A stretch of 64,000 nucleotides of DNA, taken from an uncultured Defluviitaleaceae bacterium. GTDB taxonomy: Bacteria; Bacillota; Clostridia; Lachnospirales; WRBF01. The notes below the pieces were generated by a model. It saw only the letters and a list, made by a program, of their open reading frames with translations, did no database searches and was not told where the DNA came from. Below are positions 19,963 through 29,341 of this stretch, piece by piece (the stretch's first letter is position 1; every line of letters starts with the position of its first letter). The stretch spans positions 1,128 through 65,127 of the forward strand of contig CAZHPA010000003.1 of the NCBI GenBank assembly GCA_964533945.1, given 5' to 3'. The position numbers and the translations under genes were made by a program.

Positions 19963-21485
19963 TTTAACATACACCTCTTTTTCTTTAAAACGGGACTAAT
20001 TCCAAAAACCTCCTTAAAAAATAAGCCTTTGCGATTAAAAGCCCAAAGCTCTAAATCTGTGTTTTTATCTGTTTTAATTACAACTTCTAAAACGTCATCT
20101 TCGATTTTAACGTCAATATCGTCAAATTTATGCTCTTTGTTTCGTTCTAATGCATCTGCAATTCTTAAAATTGCGCTTAATTTGGAAACTAAAACTCTAT
20201 CTTCGTGAGTTAAATTTTTATAGTTTTCTTGTGTTACAGAAGGAGTTTGGCCGCTATGATAAAGGCAAATGTTTGCAACAACTTCAATTTCACGCATACT
20301 AAATGAAACTATATCGAACCCTTTGACCATATTATACGAATGAACATTGTGTAAACGCACATTAACAATTTTTCCAATATCACACAATGCTGCAGCTGCT
20401 TGAAGCAAAAGTTTTTCACGGCTACCTAATCCATGAACTTTTTTCATTTTATCGAATATTTTAATTGCGTATTTTTCAATTCTTTCAGAATGCGAAACAT
20501 AAAGCGAAAAGCGTTTGGCAATTTCCCTAACTGAAAACATAGCATTTTTATTAAATTCTTTATTAATTTTCTCAACCTCGCTGGGGTATAGCTTTGAAAA
20601 AACAATTGAATCTCCTAAAAAGACAAGAGGTGCAATAATTTTAGTTGCAGATGTTAAGTTAAGCATACTATAGTAAATGCTAATACAAGGAAGTAAAACT
20701 TCTGCTTTTTCAATTGAAAGGTCGTAGTCTGTGCAAATTTTATCAACGCTTTTATGTTTAATTTCGTTATAAAATTCTACAAGCTTGTCCTTCGAAATAT
20801 AGAAAAATATGCCGTCTTTTTTAGCTTTGCAAAGCCTTCCAATCATAGAAATTTCACTACCTGATGCAATAAAATTTTTAACTCCTTCGGGAATGTTTTT
20901 AGATAATAGTTCTGTGAAAGTTTTTAAATATTCTTCAATAACAATATGAAATTCTGCTGAATATTCTTGCAATTGAGTAAATATTTCACTAATTCGCATA
21001 GAGCCGATTTTAATGTTTTGACTAAATGGAATTTTACCGTCGTTTAAAACTGAAATGCCAACATTTCCTGAACCTATATATAACATTATTGCAGACTTTT
21101 TTAACTCCTCATCAATTAAATGCATCATAAGCTTGTATATTAAAAGCTTTTCTTCATAGTCTTCAAGAACTTGAACGTTAACAGATGTTTTAACTTTAAT
21201 TTGGTCTAAAATATAGTCTTTATTCGTTGCTTCTCTAACGGCTGTTGTTGCAACAGCGTTAACTTCTGATATTCCATATTCTGCTGCAACTATTAAAAAG
21301 TTTTTAATAATATTACATATTTTATCAACCTTTTCAAAGCTTATTTTACCTATATCAAATGTATCTCTACCCAAACTTATTGGGTATGTTAGTGCTTCTA
21401 AATATTTAAGCTTATTTTTGCTTGGTTGTGCAATTCTTAATCTTAGTTCGTTCGAGCTTATATCTATTACAGCAACAGGTTTCAT
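19959..21485 (-). CDS. ppx: Ppx/GppA family exopolyphosphatase-like protein with HD-like domain
   Basis: VIDISSN, ATTAVREA.N, ILRIADAL; coupled to ppk1. Confidence 0.8.
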   Translation of the reverse strand: MKPVAVIDISSNELRLRIAQPSKNKLKYLEALTYPISLGRDTFDIGKISFEKVDKICNIIKNFLIVAAEYGISEVNAVATTAVREATNKDYILDQIKVKTSVNVQVLEDYEEKLLIYKLMMHLIDEELKKSAIMLYIGSGNVGISVLNDGKIPFSQNIKIGSMRISEIFTQLQEYSAEFHIVIEEYLKTFTELLSKNIPEGVKNFIASGSEISMIGRLCKAKKDGIFFYISKDKLVEFYNEIKHKSVDKICTDYDLSIEKAEVLLPCISIYYSMLNLTSATKIIAPLVFLGDSIVFSKLYPSEVEKINKEFNKNAMFSVREIAKRFSLYVSHSERIEKYAIKIFDKMKKVHGLGSREKLLLQAAAALCDIGKIVNVRLHNVHSYNMVKGFDIVSFSMREIEVVANICLYHSGQTPSVTQENYKNLTHEDRVLVSKLSAILRIADALERNKEHKFDDIDVKIEDDVLEVVIKTDKNTDLELWAFNRKGLFFKEVFGISPVLKKKRCMLK

Positions 21486-21567
21486 TTTTTCGCCTCCATA
21501 AACCTATTTATATATGACCATTTTATACCTTATTATGTATTTTGTCACTATTTTTTAATGTAAAAAC

Positions 21568-21591
21568 AAAAGCGAAGTTACCCCCGCTTTT
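21568..21591 (-). terminator. Terminator of the 727-aa lipoprotein gene
   Basis: AAAAGCG...CGCTTTT hairpin with U-tract on the minus strand. Confidence 0.6.
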
Positions 21592-21605
21592 GCTTCTGTT
21601 TTCTA

Positions 21606-23789
21606 CTAAACTAAAATGTTTGTTGCGGCTTGTCCATTCCCTACATATCCTGTGCTTGGTATATTTGTTCCTTGAACGTTTGCTGTATTGTTTCCTACAT
21701 TAGTTCTATTAGAATATACTGTATTGCCATTTCCTGTATAAATGTTGCTTGGTGCTGTGGTATTGCCATAAACTCTAGTATTGTTTGTTGTTGCATTATT
21801 TGTTGCTGTATTTACATTATTTCTAACTGCATTATTTGTTGTTGTGTTCATATTGTTTGTTGTTGCATTTACATTATTTCTAACTGCATTATTTGTTGTT
21901 GTGTTCATATTGTTTGTTGTTGAGTTGTTTAAATTTGTATTACGTGTATTATTTAATGTTCTTGTTGCAGTTGTTGCATTATTTACAGCTGCTGGATTAC
22001 TTGTCATATTATTTACTCTGCCTATAGTCATATTATCACCATATATTCCAGTATTTGTTGTTGTATTATCATATGCTCTATTTGTTGTTACATTATTATC
22101 GCCATATATTCTGGTTGACCTGTTATTTGTTGCTGTATTTACGTTGTTTGTAACTGTTGTATTTCTATTTCTTGTTGTTGCAGTATTAGTATTTCTTGTT
22201 GCTGTAGTACGTGGTGCTACTGTTGCATTATTTGTTGCTCTATTTACATTATTAGTAATTGCTGTATTTGTATTTCTTGTTGTTGCGGTATTAGGTGTTA
22301 CTGTTGTTGCAGTATTAGTATTTCTTGTTGCTGTAGTACGTGGTGCTACTGTTGCATTATTTGTTGCTCTATTTACATTATTAGTAATTGCTGTATTTGT
22401 ATTTCTTGTTGTTGCGGTATTAGGTGTTACTGTTGTTTTCTTGTTTGTTGTTTTTGCTTTTGTTACTTTTGCTGTATTATTTGCAATTGCCGCATTAGTA
22501 TTTTTTGCTGTTGTATTACGCTTTACTGTTGTATTAGTTGCTTTATTTTTTGCTACTGTTGCTTTTGTAGTTGTTGTTTTCGCTTTTGCCGCTGCATTTG
22601 TTACAGTTTTTTTACTTGTTGCCGGAGCTTTTTTTGTTACTGTAGTTTTTGCTGGTGCCGCTTTTGTTGTAGCTTTAGTTACATTATTTGTAATTGTGCT
22701 TGGCGTTGTTTTAGTTACATTATTTACATTTCTTGTTGTTACTGTTGTATTTCCGTCATTATTAACATAATAAGTTTTTAAAGGGCTGTTCATAATATTA
22801 CTGGGAACATTTGTTGTTGTTCTATTTACGTTGCTGGGTGTTGTATAAATATTATTTGATGTCATTCCAGATGCCCTAGATGTTCTAGCTATATTATTTG
22901 TTAAAGTATTCCTGGGAGCAACAACATCAACTCTATTTGTTAAGTTATTTCCATATGCTCTGTTTGTTGTGTAATTTGTTGCATAACTATCATAATTGTT
23001 GTTGTTTATGCGTGTTGCAGTATCATAATATGCCCTATTAATAGGTGCTGTTGTGCCATTATAAGCTGTTCCTGTATAAGTTCCATTATTATAAACTACA
23101 TCATTACCATAATAGTTTCTTGCTGTAGTATAATCTCCTGCATAGTTATTTACACTGGGTGTATAATAATTTCTTCCATCTGCATAATTTCTGGAAGCAT
23201 AGTTAACATTGTTGCTATAACTATAAGGTGCAGATGTTACTGTACGTGGTGCCGTTGTAGTTCTACCAACTTGGTTTGTTAAGCTTCTATTCATTGTGGT
23301 GTTTACATTATTATTAGTTCTTGCTGTAGCTCCATAACGATTGCTTGCATCGTTATAAGGTCTAGATACTGTATAAGGTAATACTGTTCTTGGTGCTGTT
23401 GTAGTTCTACCAACTTGGTTTGTTAAAGTTCTGTTTATTGTTGTGTTGCCATCATTAACAATTCTTGTTGTAGTTCCATAACGGTCATTTACAGTACTTG
23501 TTCTATAAGTGTTGTCTGCAACTGTACTTGTTCCGGTTCTTGGGGTTCTGTAAGTTTCATTGCCATATCTTGTTGTGTACGTATTATCGGCAACTCTCCT
23601 TGCGTTTCTTCTATTGTAACTGGTATTATAGTTAGAGCGATTTACGCTATTTGTAAGGTTTTGCCCTGTTACATTGGCTTCATTATTTTCAGGCGTATTT
23701 GATGAACAGCCTGTTATTCCTGTCGCCAAAGAAGCAACTAGCATAGCAGCCGATATAGTTGCAGCTATAAATTTTTTGTTACGCTTCAT
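21606..23789 (-). CDS. Asn/Thr-rich low-complexity lipoprotein
   Basis: GGAGG RBS, lipobox ITGC, N/T/R-rich repeats. Confidence 0.8.
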   Translation of the reverse strand: MKRNKKFIAATISAAMLVASLATGITGCSSNTPENNEANVTGQNLTNSVNRSNYNTSYNRRNARRVADNTYTTRYGNETYRTPRTGTSTVADNTYRTSTVNDRYGTTTRIVNDGNTTINRTLTNQVGRTTTAPRTVLPYTVSRPYNDASNRYGATARTNNNVNTTMNRSLTNQVGRTTTAPRTVTSAPYSYSNNVNYASRNYADGRNYYTPSVNNYAGDYTTARNYYGNDVVYNNGTYTGTAYNGTTAPINRAYYDTATRINNNNYDSYATNYTTNRAYGNNLTNRVDVVAPRNTLTNNIARTSRASGMTSNNIYTTPSNVNRTTTNVPSNIMNSPLKTYYVNNDGNTTVTTRNVNNVTKTTPSTITNNVTKATTKAAPAKTTVTKKAPATSKKTVTNAAAKAKTTTTKATVAKNKATNTTVKRNTTAKNTNAAIANNTAKVTKAKTTNKKTTVTPNTATTRNTNTAITNNVNRATNNATVAPRTTATRNTNTATTVTPNTATTRNTNTAITNNVNRATNNATVAPRTTATRNTNTATTRNRNTTVTNNVNTATNNRSTRIYGDNNVTTNRAYDNTTTNTGIYGDNMTIGRVNNMTSNPAAVNNATTATRTLNNTRNTNLNNSTTNNMNTTTNNAVRNNVNATTNNMNTTTNNAVRNNVNTATNNATTNNTRVYGNTTAPSNIYTGNGNTVYSNRTNVGNNTANVQGTNIPSTGYVGNGQAATNILV
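22173..22437. repeat. Two 129-bp tandem repeats (43 aa) inside the lipoprotein gene
   Basis: GCTGTAGTACGTGGTGC occurs at 22201 and 22330. Confidence 0.9.
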
Positions 23790-23957
23790 AACATTTGCCT
23801 CCTGTTTTCTAAAATTTTAGATTTTAAATTATAAGATTTCGTTAAAACTTTATATATAATAATTTCGATTAATAGTCAGGTTAAAAAGTTTTGCAAGTTT
23901 AATGTTTGGTGATTAGCTTGCAATTCTATTTTAAGCAAAATGCATAATTAAAATACT

Positions 23958-24740
23958 GTGTTTCGTTTGGAATGCCAACAAATATATTACAGGGATTTGA
24001 TTATAATGATTAAGAAACTAATTTATGTAGCAATAACAGCAGTTTCAATAGGTTTTTTGTTTATAAACGTCATATATGCCGTAAATAAGACTAATATATC
24101 TAAAAATCCTAAAAAGCTAAATACTTATATAATAGAAAACAGCGAAGTAACTGTTAATAGCGCAATGCATTTTGCCGATATATTTAATATGAAAGAAAAT
24201 TTTTTAGAATACGATGAATACTTTTTGTTTTATGGAGAATATAACGATAAGTTAAAAGTATATAAATATTTAAACTATATAATGTATGAAAACGATTCAA
24301 AAGCTAGAAATAAGCCAATTGATGGAAATGGCGATGCATTAAACTTGGCTCTTTCCTTTATAGACAACTTAATTTTATTTTTTGCGTATGATGAAGCAGT
24401 TGTTGATTTTGACGGGCAATTTTACAATATTAAGTTTATAAGCCTATTAGATAACATAAAACTATATTCGTTCAACAATTCAATAACAATCGACACTATG
24501 GGAAATATAGTTAAAATGGAATATTATTATAATAAGTTTAAGCAATTAAGCAATATTAGTTTAAAAACAATAGATGAAGCACTTAAAAGCATTCCTAGTA
24601 ATATAAATATAGATACCGAAAGAATTGCAATCGTATACACATATGAAAATAGCATTGTTCAACCTTCATATTTATTTATAGGGGAAGACACAACAGGCAA
24701 TGTTTGCAAATATTTTATTAGCGCCGCACAATTTAGCTAA
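23958..24740 (+). CDS. Hypothetical membrane-anchored/exported protein (probable start 24006)
   Basis: N-terminal TM after MIKK; C-terminal IVYTYENSIVQPSYLF. Confidence 0.65.
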   Translation: MFRLECQQIYYRDLIIMIKKLIYVAITAVSIGFLFINVIYAVNKTNISKNPKKLNTYIIENSEVTVNSAMHFADIFNMKENFLEYDEYFLFYGEYNDKLKVYKYLNYIMYENDSKARNKPIDGNGDALNLALSFIDNLILFFAYDEAVVDFDGQFYNIKFISLLDNIKLYSFNNSITIDTMGNIVKMEYYYNKFKQLSNISLKTIDEALKSIPSNINIDTERIAIVYTYENSIVQPSYLFIGEDTTGNVCKYFISAAQFS

Positions 24741-24848
24741 AAAATTTGTTTTTCCTGTTTTTAAATATCAGTAAATATGATATAATTGTACTATAATAAA
24801 GCCATAATGAATTTACGGAATGGATTTGCAAGGAATGGGAGGTTTTTT

Positions 24849-25179
24849 TATGAAACTTGTTTTAGCAATAATACATGACGAGGACGCATTTGTAATTATG
24901 GATACATTAAGCGAAAAAGGATTTAGCGTTACAAAGCTTGCAACAACGGGTGGCTTTTTGCGTGCAGGAAACACAACTTTAATATGTGGCTGCAAAGAAG
25001 ACAGAATACCAGAGCTTGTTTCAATAATTGAAAAAAAATGTAAATCAAGAAAGCAAATTGCTTCAGTAAATACCTCGGGGGTTAGTGGCGCAGAAGGATA
25101 CGTTCCATACCCTGTTGAAATAACAGTTGGGGGAGCTACCATTTTCGTACTTAACGTTGAAGACTTTAAAAAAGTTTGA
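24849..25179 (+). CDS. darA: Cyclic di-AMP receptor DarA/PstA (YaaQ, PII-like)
   Basis: MKLVLAII, TKLATTGGFLRAGNTT, VGGATIFV. Confidence 0.9.
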
Positions 25180-25200
25180 TGTGCAAGGAGTTGTTGCGTT

Positions 25201-25641
25201 ATGGAACTTAAAGTTTCGGAAATTTTAGCGGCAAAGCTTCAAAAAACGCAAACTTTGCAAGCAAAAAAAGCTGAAAAAGATTTTAGCCTAACATTAAGCA
25301 AGCTTTCAGAAGACGAGCTTGCTAGTAAGCTTAAAGATTTAATTGATGAAATTACAGTTTGCGGCAATAAACTTGCAGAACATATGGACATTAAAGACAT
25401 GAAAAAATACCGTGGGCTTGTTCAAAACTTCATAAATGAAGTTGTAACAAATTCGCATAAATTTTCACGTGAAAACTTTTTAGACCGACGAGGACGACAT
25501 AGAGTTTATGGCATTGTTAAGCTTGTTAATAAAGAATTGGACGAATTGGCGCAAGAGCTTTTAAAGTCTGAAAAAGACCATCTTACAATTTTGGAAAAAA
25601 CAGATGAGATTAGAGGGCTTTTGCTTGATATAGTTATTTAA
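25201..25641 (+). CDS. yaaR: YaaR (DUF327) family protein
   Basis: KYRGLVQNF, DEIRGLLLD; synteny yaaQ-yaaR-holB. Confidence 0.85.
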   Translation: MELKVSEILAAKLQKTQTLQAKKAEKDFSLTLSKLSEDELASKLKDLIDEITVCGNKLAEHMDIKDMKKYRGLVQNFINEVVTNSHKFSRENFLDRRGRHRVYGIVKLVNKELDELAQELLKSEKDHLTILEKTDEIRGLLLDIVI

Positions 25642-25646
25642 AAAGT

Positions 25647-26648
25647 ATGTATGAATTTGAAAATATAATTGGAAACGAAAACATAATTAATTATTTAAAA
25701 ACTGCAATTAAATTAAAAAGAGTTCCCCATTCACTAGTTTTTTCAGGAGCTTTTGGAATGGGCAAAAAACTTCTTTCTTTTTCGCTTGCAAAAGCGCTTC
25801 TTTGCGAAAAAAGCAGTGAAAACGGGGCTTGCTGCAATAGTTGCATTTCATGTGCAACATTTGAAAGCAAAAATAACCCCGATGTATTTTTTGTTTGCGG
25901 CACAAAATTAAAAAGCATTGGCGTTTCAGATGTTAGGGAACAAATTATTAAGCAAATGCAAACAAAACCTTTTAAATACAACAAAAAGATTTTTATTGTA
26001 TTAGAAGCACACAAGTTAACTACTGCCGCACAAAATGCATTGTTAAAAACAATTGAAGAACCTTCAAGTTATGGTATGTTCATTTTATTAACCGAAAACT
26101 TTAACGCTCTTTTGCCAACTATACTATCACGTTGCACTATTTTTAAATTAAAACAGCTTCCGGTTAAACATGTTGCAAGTTTTTTAATTGAAAAGCAAAG
26201 TATACCAAAGCAACAAGCATTTTTAATTGCTTCAATTTCAAACGGTAATATAGGGCGTGCTATTTCGCTATGCAGCGATGACGAATTAACCAATATGTAT
26301 AGTTATATGTTAGACCTAGCTGCGAATATAAAAGAATTTACCATACTTGATGCTTTTAAAGTTTCAAAAGAACTGGAACGTTTTAAAGAAAAAATGCATG
26401 AATGTTTAGATATGCTTTTAATTTGGTATCGTGATGTTTTAATTTTTAAAGAAACAGGCAATGAAGCTTTTCTTGCTCAAAAATATGAAAATTTCAATAA
26501 TATTGAAGTTAATTCAAGACATTATTCAACGCAAAAACTAATTGATTGCATAAATTCTATTTTTGCCGCAAAGTTTAGGTTAAGTCAAAACGCAAGCTTT
26601 CAGCTAACCTTAGAAGTTTTATTTATGGAGTTTCTTGAAAGTTGGTAG
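25647..26648 (+). CDS. holB: DNA polymerase III delta prime subunit
   Basis: Zn-cysteine cluster, AQNALLKTIEEP, LLPTILSRC. Confidence 0.92.
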   Translation: MYEFENIIGNENIINYLKTAIKLKRVPHSLVFSGAFGMGKKLLSFSLAKALLCEKSSENGACCNSCISCATFESKNNPDVFFVCGTKLKSIGVSDVREQIIKQMQTKPFKYNKKIFIVLEAHKLTTAAQNALLKTIEEPSSYGMFILLTENFNALLPTILSRCTIFKLKQLPVKHVASFLIEKQSIPKQQAFLIASISNGNIGRAISLCSDDELTNMYSYMLDLAANIKEFTILDAFKVSKELERFKEKMHECLDMLLIWYRDVLIFKETGNEAFLAQKYENFNNIEVNSRHYSTQKLIDCINSIFAAKFRLSQNASFQLTLEVLFMEFLESW

Positions 26649-27174
26649 TATTATGTTAATAATGTTTATGTGCATTTTAATAATTATAATAATTTTAACA
26701 TATCTAATAATAAGCTATATAATTATAAGCGAAAAAACAAGAAAAGTTAAAGATTTAAAAGCTTTACTGGAAGACCAACTTAAAAAATGCTATGCACTTG
26801 TTCCTCAAATTGTTGATGAAATAACAAAAAACAGAATTAGCGATGAAATATATTACATAATAACAACATCGAAAGCTATATATGAAAAATCGAATAATAC
26901 AAAACAGCTTGCATTGGCATACAATAGGTTTTTACACGGCCTGCGGCTGTTGCAACTGGCATCTAAAGCAAGCACAGTTGCAAAAAGCAGCCTAGAGCTT
27001 CAAAAAATATTTTTAGAAATTGATAATATAGAGCAAAAAATTAACTTTCAATCTAAGTTTTATAACGATGCTGTAAACGAATATAACAACTATGTTAAAA
27101 GAATTAGCGGAAAAATAATTGCAAATATATTAAACCGAAAATTGGCAAGCTTGTTTTTATATAACAAAAAATAG
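26635..27174 (+). CDS. LemA-like protein
   Basis: N-terminal TM; QLKK..LVPQ, FYNDAVNEYN motifs. Confidence 0.7.
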   Translation: MKVGSIMLIMFMCILIIIIILTYLIISYIIISEKTRKVKDLKALLEDQLKKCYALVPQIVDEITKNRISDEIYYIITTSKAIYEKSNNTKQLALAYNRFLHGLRLLQLASKASTVAKSSLELQKIFLEIDNIEQKINFQSKFYNDAVNEYNNYVKRISGKIIANILNRKLASLFLYNKK

Positions 27175-27208
27175 CCTGAAACAACTAAAGGGTGTCTTTA
27201 ACTAAAAT

Positions 27209-27240
27209 AACTAGAGAACGCACAAGGCGCCCTCTAGTTT
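27209..27240. terminator. Hairpin between convergent genes
   Basis: AACTAGAG...CTCTAGTT. Confidence 0.5.
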
Positions 27241-28829
27241 GTATTAACTTTAAGAATATAATCAATCCAAGACCAGCTTTCAGCCCGTTCGATTTTAACA
27301 AAATATTTTCCCGCAGGTAAAAATAAATTAATCGAACCTTTTTTAGTTTCATCTCCGTTCGAATAGAAAACTAACCGCTGCAAATCATTAGAATCATGCA
27401 AGCCTATAGACCAATGAGATTTTGTGCTATTTAAATTATTGTGTTCAAATGCTATTGAAACTTCTCTTGAATCAGCTAAATCAAAAACAAAATAATCAAC
27501 ATCTTTGTCACTTCCAAGGTTTCCAATAACTTCTGTATCTGTGCTTATTTGGTTTGCTTCTTGGGCTGCATTATTGTCTTCAATTTCATATTTGTTAGCG
27601 TTGGATTCGTAATTAACTTTAAGCCCGTAATCTATGGAAGACCAGTAATAATAGCCTTTTTCAACTTTAACAAAATATTTTCCGGCAGGCAAATATGCAT
27701 TTATAGAGCCTTTTTTAGTTTCGTCGCCGTTTGAATGGAAAACTAAATGTTTTGTTTCGCTTGAATCGTATAAAGTTATTATCCAATATGTTTTTGCACT
27801 GTTTAAATTTTCATGGGAAAAAACTAGCCAAACTTTACCCGGAGTTTTTAAATCAAATGTAAATTGGTCAACATCTTTATCATGCCAAAAGCTTCCTGAT
27901 ATTTCAGAGTTTGTATTAATAACGTTTGCTAATTCTAACGTGTCGTTGTCTTCAACTTCATACTTTCCGCTGCTGTTGGCTTCATAATTAACTTTTAGCT
28001 CATAATTAATCCAAGACCAGTTATATTCTCCCTTTTCAACCTTAACAACATATTCCCCCGAAGGCAAATATAAATTACTAGAGTCTTTTTTTGTGTCGTT
28101 TCCTGTTGAGTGAAGCGTTAGACGTCTTGCATTTTTAGAATCATATAAGCCTGCAATCCAATATGTTTTTGCACTGCTAAATCCGTCGTGGGAAAAAGTA
28201 AGCCAAACTTTTCCGGGGTTATCAAGCTTAAATTTATATGAATTTACAGTGCTTTCAGCTTCTAGGCTGCCTGTAAAGGCAGTGTTTACCCCTGATGAGT
28301 TGTCTGTTGAAGCCATAACGTAATTGTTGTGAACGCTTGATGTTATTGCAATAGTATTTTTGGTTGAAATCCAATCAACGTCTATGCTTAGAGCGTTGCA
28401 TATATCTCTTAGTTTAAAGTAGTTATTGTTATCTATTAAATAGCTTGACGGGCTTATTTTGCTACCGTCTAAATATATGCTTGAATTAGATGGTGAAACA
28501 GCTTTTTCTGTTCTGGTTTCCGAAGTTTTTAATTCGTCGCCGACTACTGTGTATGGTTTATTACTAATTATGTTTAATGCATTTTTAGTTTCATCCCATT
28601 GCACATTAAAATTTTTAGCCGTATTATTAATTGCCATTGCAATATCACGAAGTTTGAAATAATTGCTTCCTTCAATGTTATATGCTTCAAGCTCAACCTC
28701 TTTTTCATTAACTAATACTTTAGAGTTTGCAGGAATTGCTTTTTTAGGAGTATCCGCAAAAACAACAGCCATATTAAAATTAAAGCATATTATAGCGCAA
28801 GTTAACAATATAACGCTTATGTTTTTCAT
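27234..28829 (-). CDS. Secreted protein: duplicated stalk-like N-terminal domain plus three PPC-like beta-sandwich repeats
   Basis: Signal peptide; NYFKLRDI twice; three repeats of E.EDN...AN.I...DVD.F.F.L...YLPAGKYFVK. Confidence 0.7.
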   Translation of the reverse strand: MKNISVILLTCAIICFNFNMAVVFADTPKKAIPANSKVLVNEKEVELEAYNIEGSNYFKLRDIAMAINNTAKNFNVQWDETKNALNIISNKPYTVVGDELKTSETRTEKAVSPSNSSIYLDGSKISPSSYLIDNNNYFKLRDICNALSIDVDWISTKNTIAITSSVHNNYVMASTDNSSGVNTAFTGSLEAESTVNSYKFKLDNPGKVWLTFSHDGFSSAKTYWIAGLYDSKNARRLTLHSTGNDTKKDSSNLYLPSGEYVVKVEKGEYNWSWINYELKVNYEANSSGKYEVEDNDTLELANVINTNSEISGSFWHDKDVDQFTFDLKTPGKVWLVFSHENLNSAKTYWIITLYDSSETKHLVFHSNGDETKKGSINAYLPAGKYFVKVEKGYYYWSSIDYGLKVNYESNANKYEIEDNNAAQEANQISTDTEVIGNLGSDKDVDYFVFDLADSREVSIAFEHNNLNSTKSHWSIGLHDSNDLQRLVFYSNGDETKKGSINLFLPAGKYFVKIERAESWSWIDYILKVNTN

Positions 28830-29341
28830 TTTTTACCCCACCTTGTCTTTTTACTTAGCGATTATCTAACGTGCTTTCATTAAGCCAGCGGGAGCTGCAA
28901 TAACCCCCTTAATTTTAGTTTACTCACAAATTGCATTTTTCACTAGTTATTTTCTCCTTTCTTATCATTATAATATGTTCCCTTTTTGCTTTTAATTGTT
29001 AGTTAGGTTAAAATTAATGAAATATTTAATATTTTTATGGAATTTTATTATATTTGACTAACTACACCAATTAATATGTTCTTACAAATAGTTAATAAAT
29101 TTGTATCTAAAGACTAGGTAGTGCTTTGCTCTTTTTCGTTAAACTTGAAATATTTACTTAACTGTTAAAAGCTTATTTTATGCTATGATTTCTCATATTA
29201 TAAATAACTTTATTATATTTTTTGGAAAAAGTCAATATACTAACATGCTAGGAAACCGTTTTATGCATTGAAAATATTGCCTAATTTTAATTAGTATGGT
29301 ATTATGTGGATTAGGTGTTTTTTCTTAAAAGTTAAAGTAAA

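Noticed and set aside
21781-22770. 329-aa hydrophobic ORF on the + strand
   Set aside because: Antisense shadow of the Asn/Thr repeat lipoprotein; AAY/ACN codons give a stop-free V/L/F frame and there is no RBS
28830-29340. Possible riboswitch or leader peptide in the long intergenic region
   Set aside because: Only very short ORFs and no recognisable aptamer consensus; an Rfam scan would be needed
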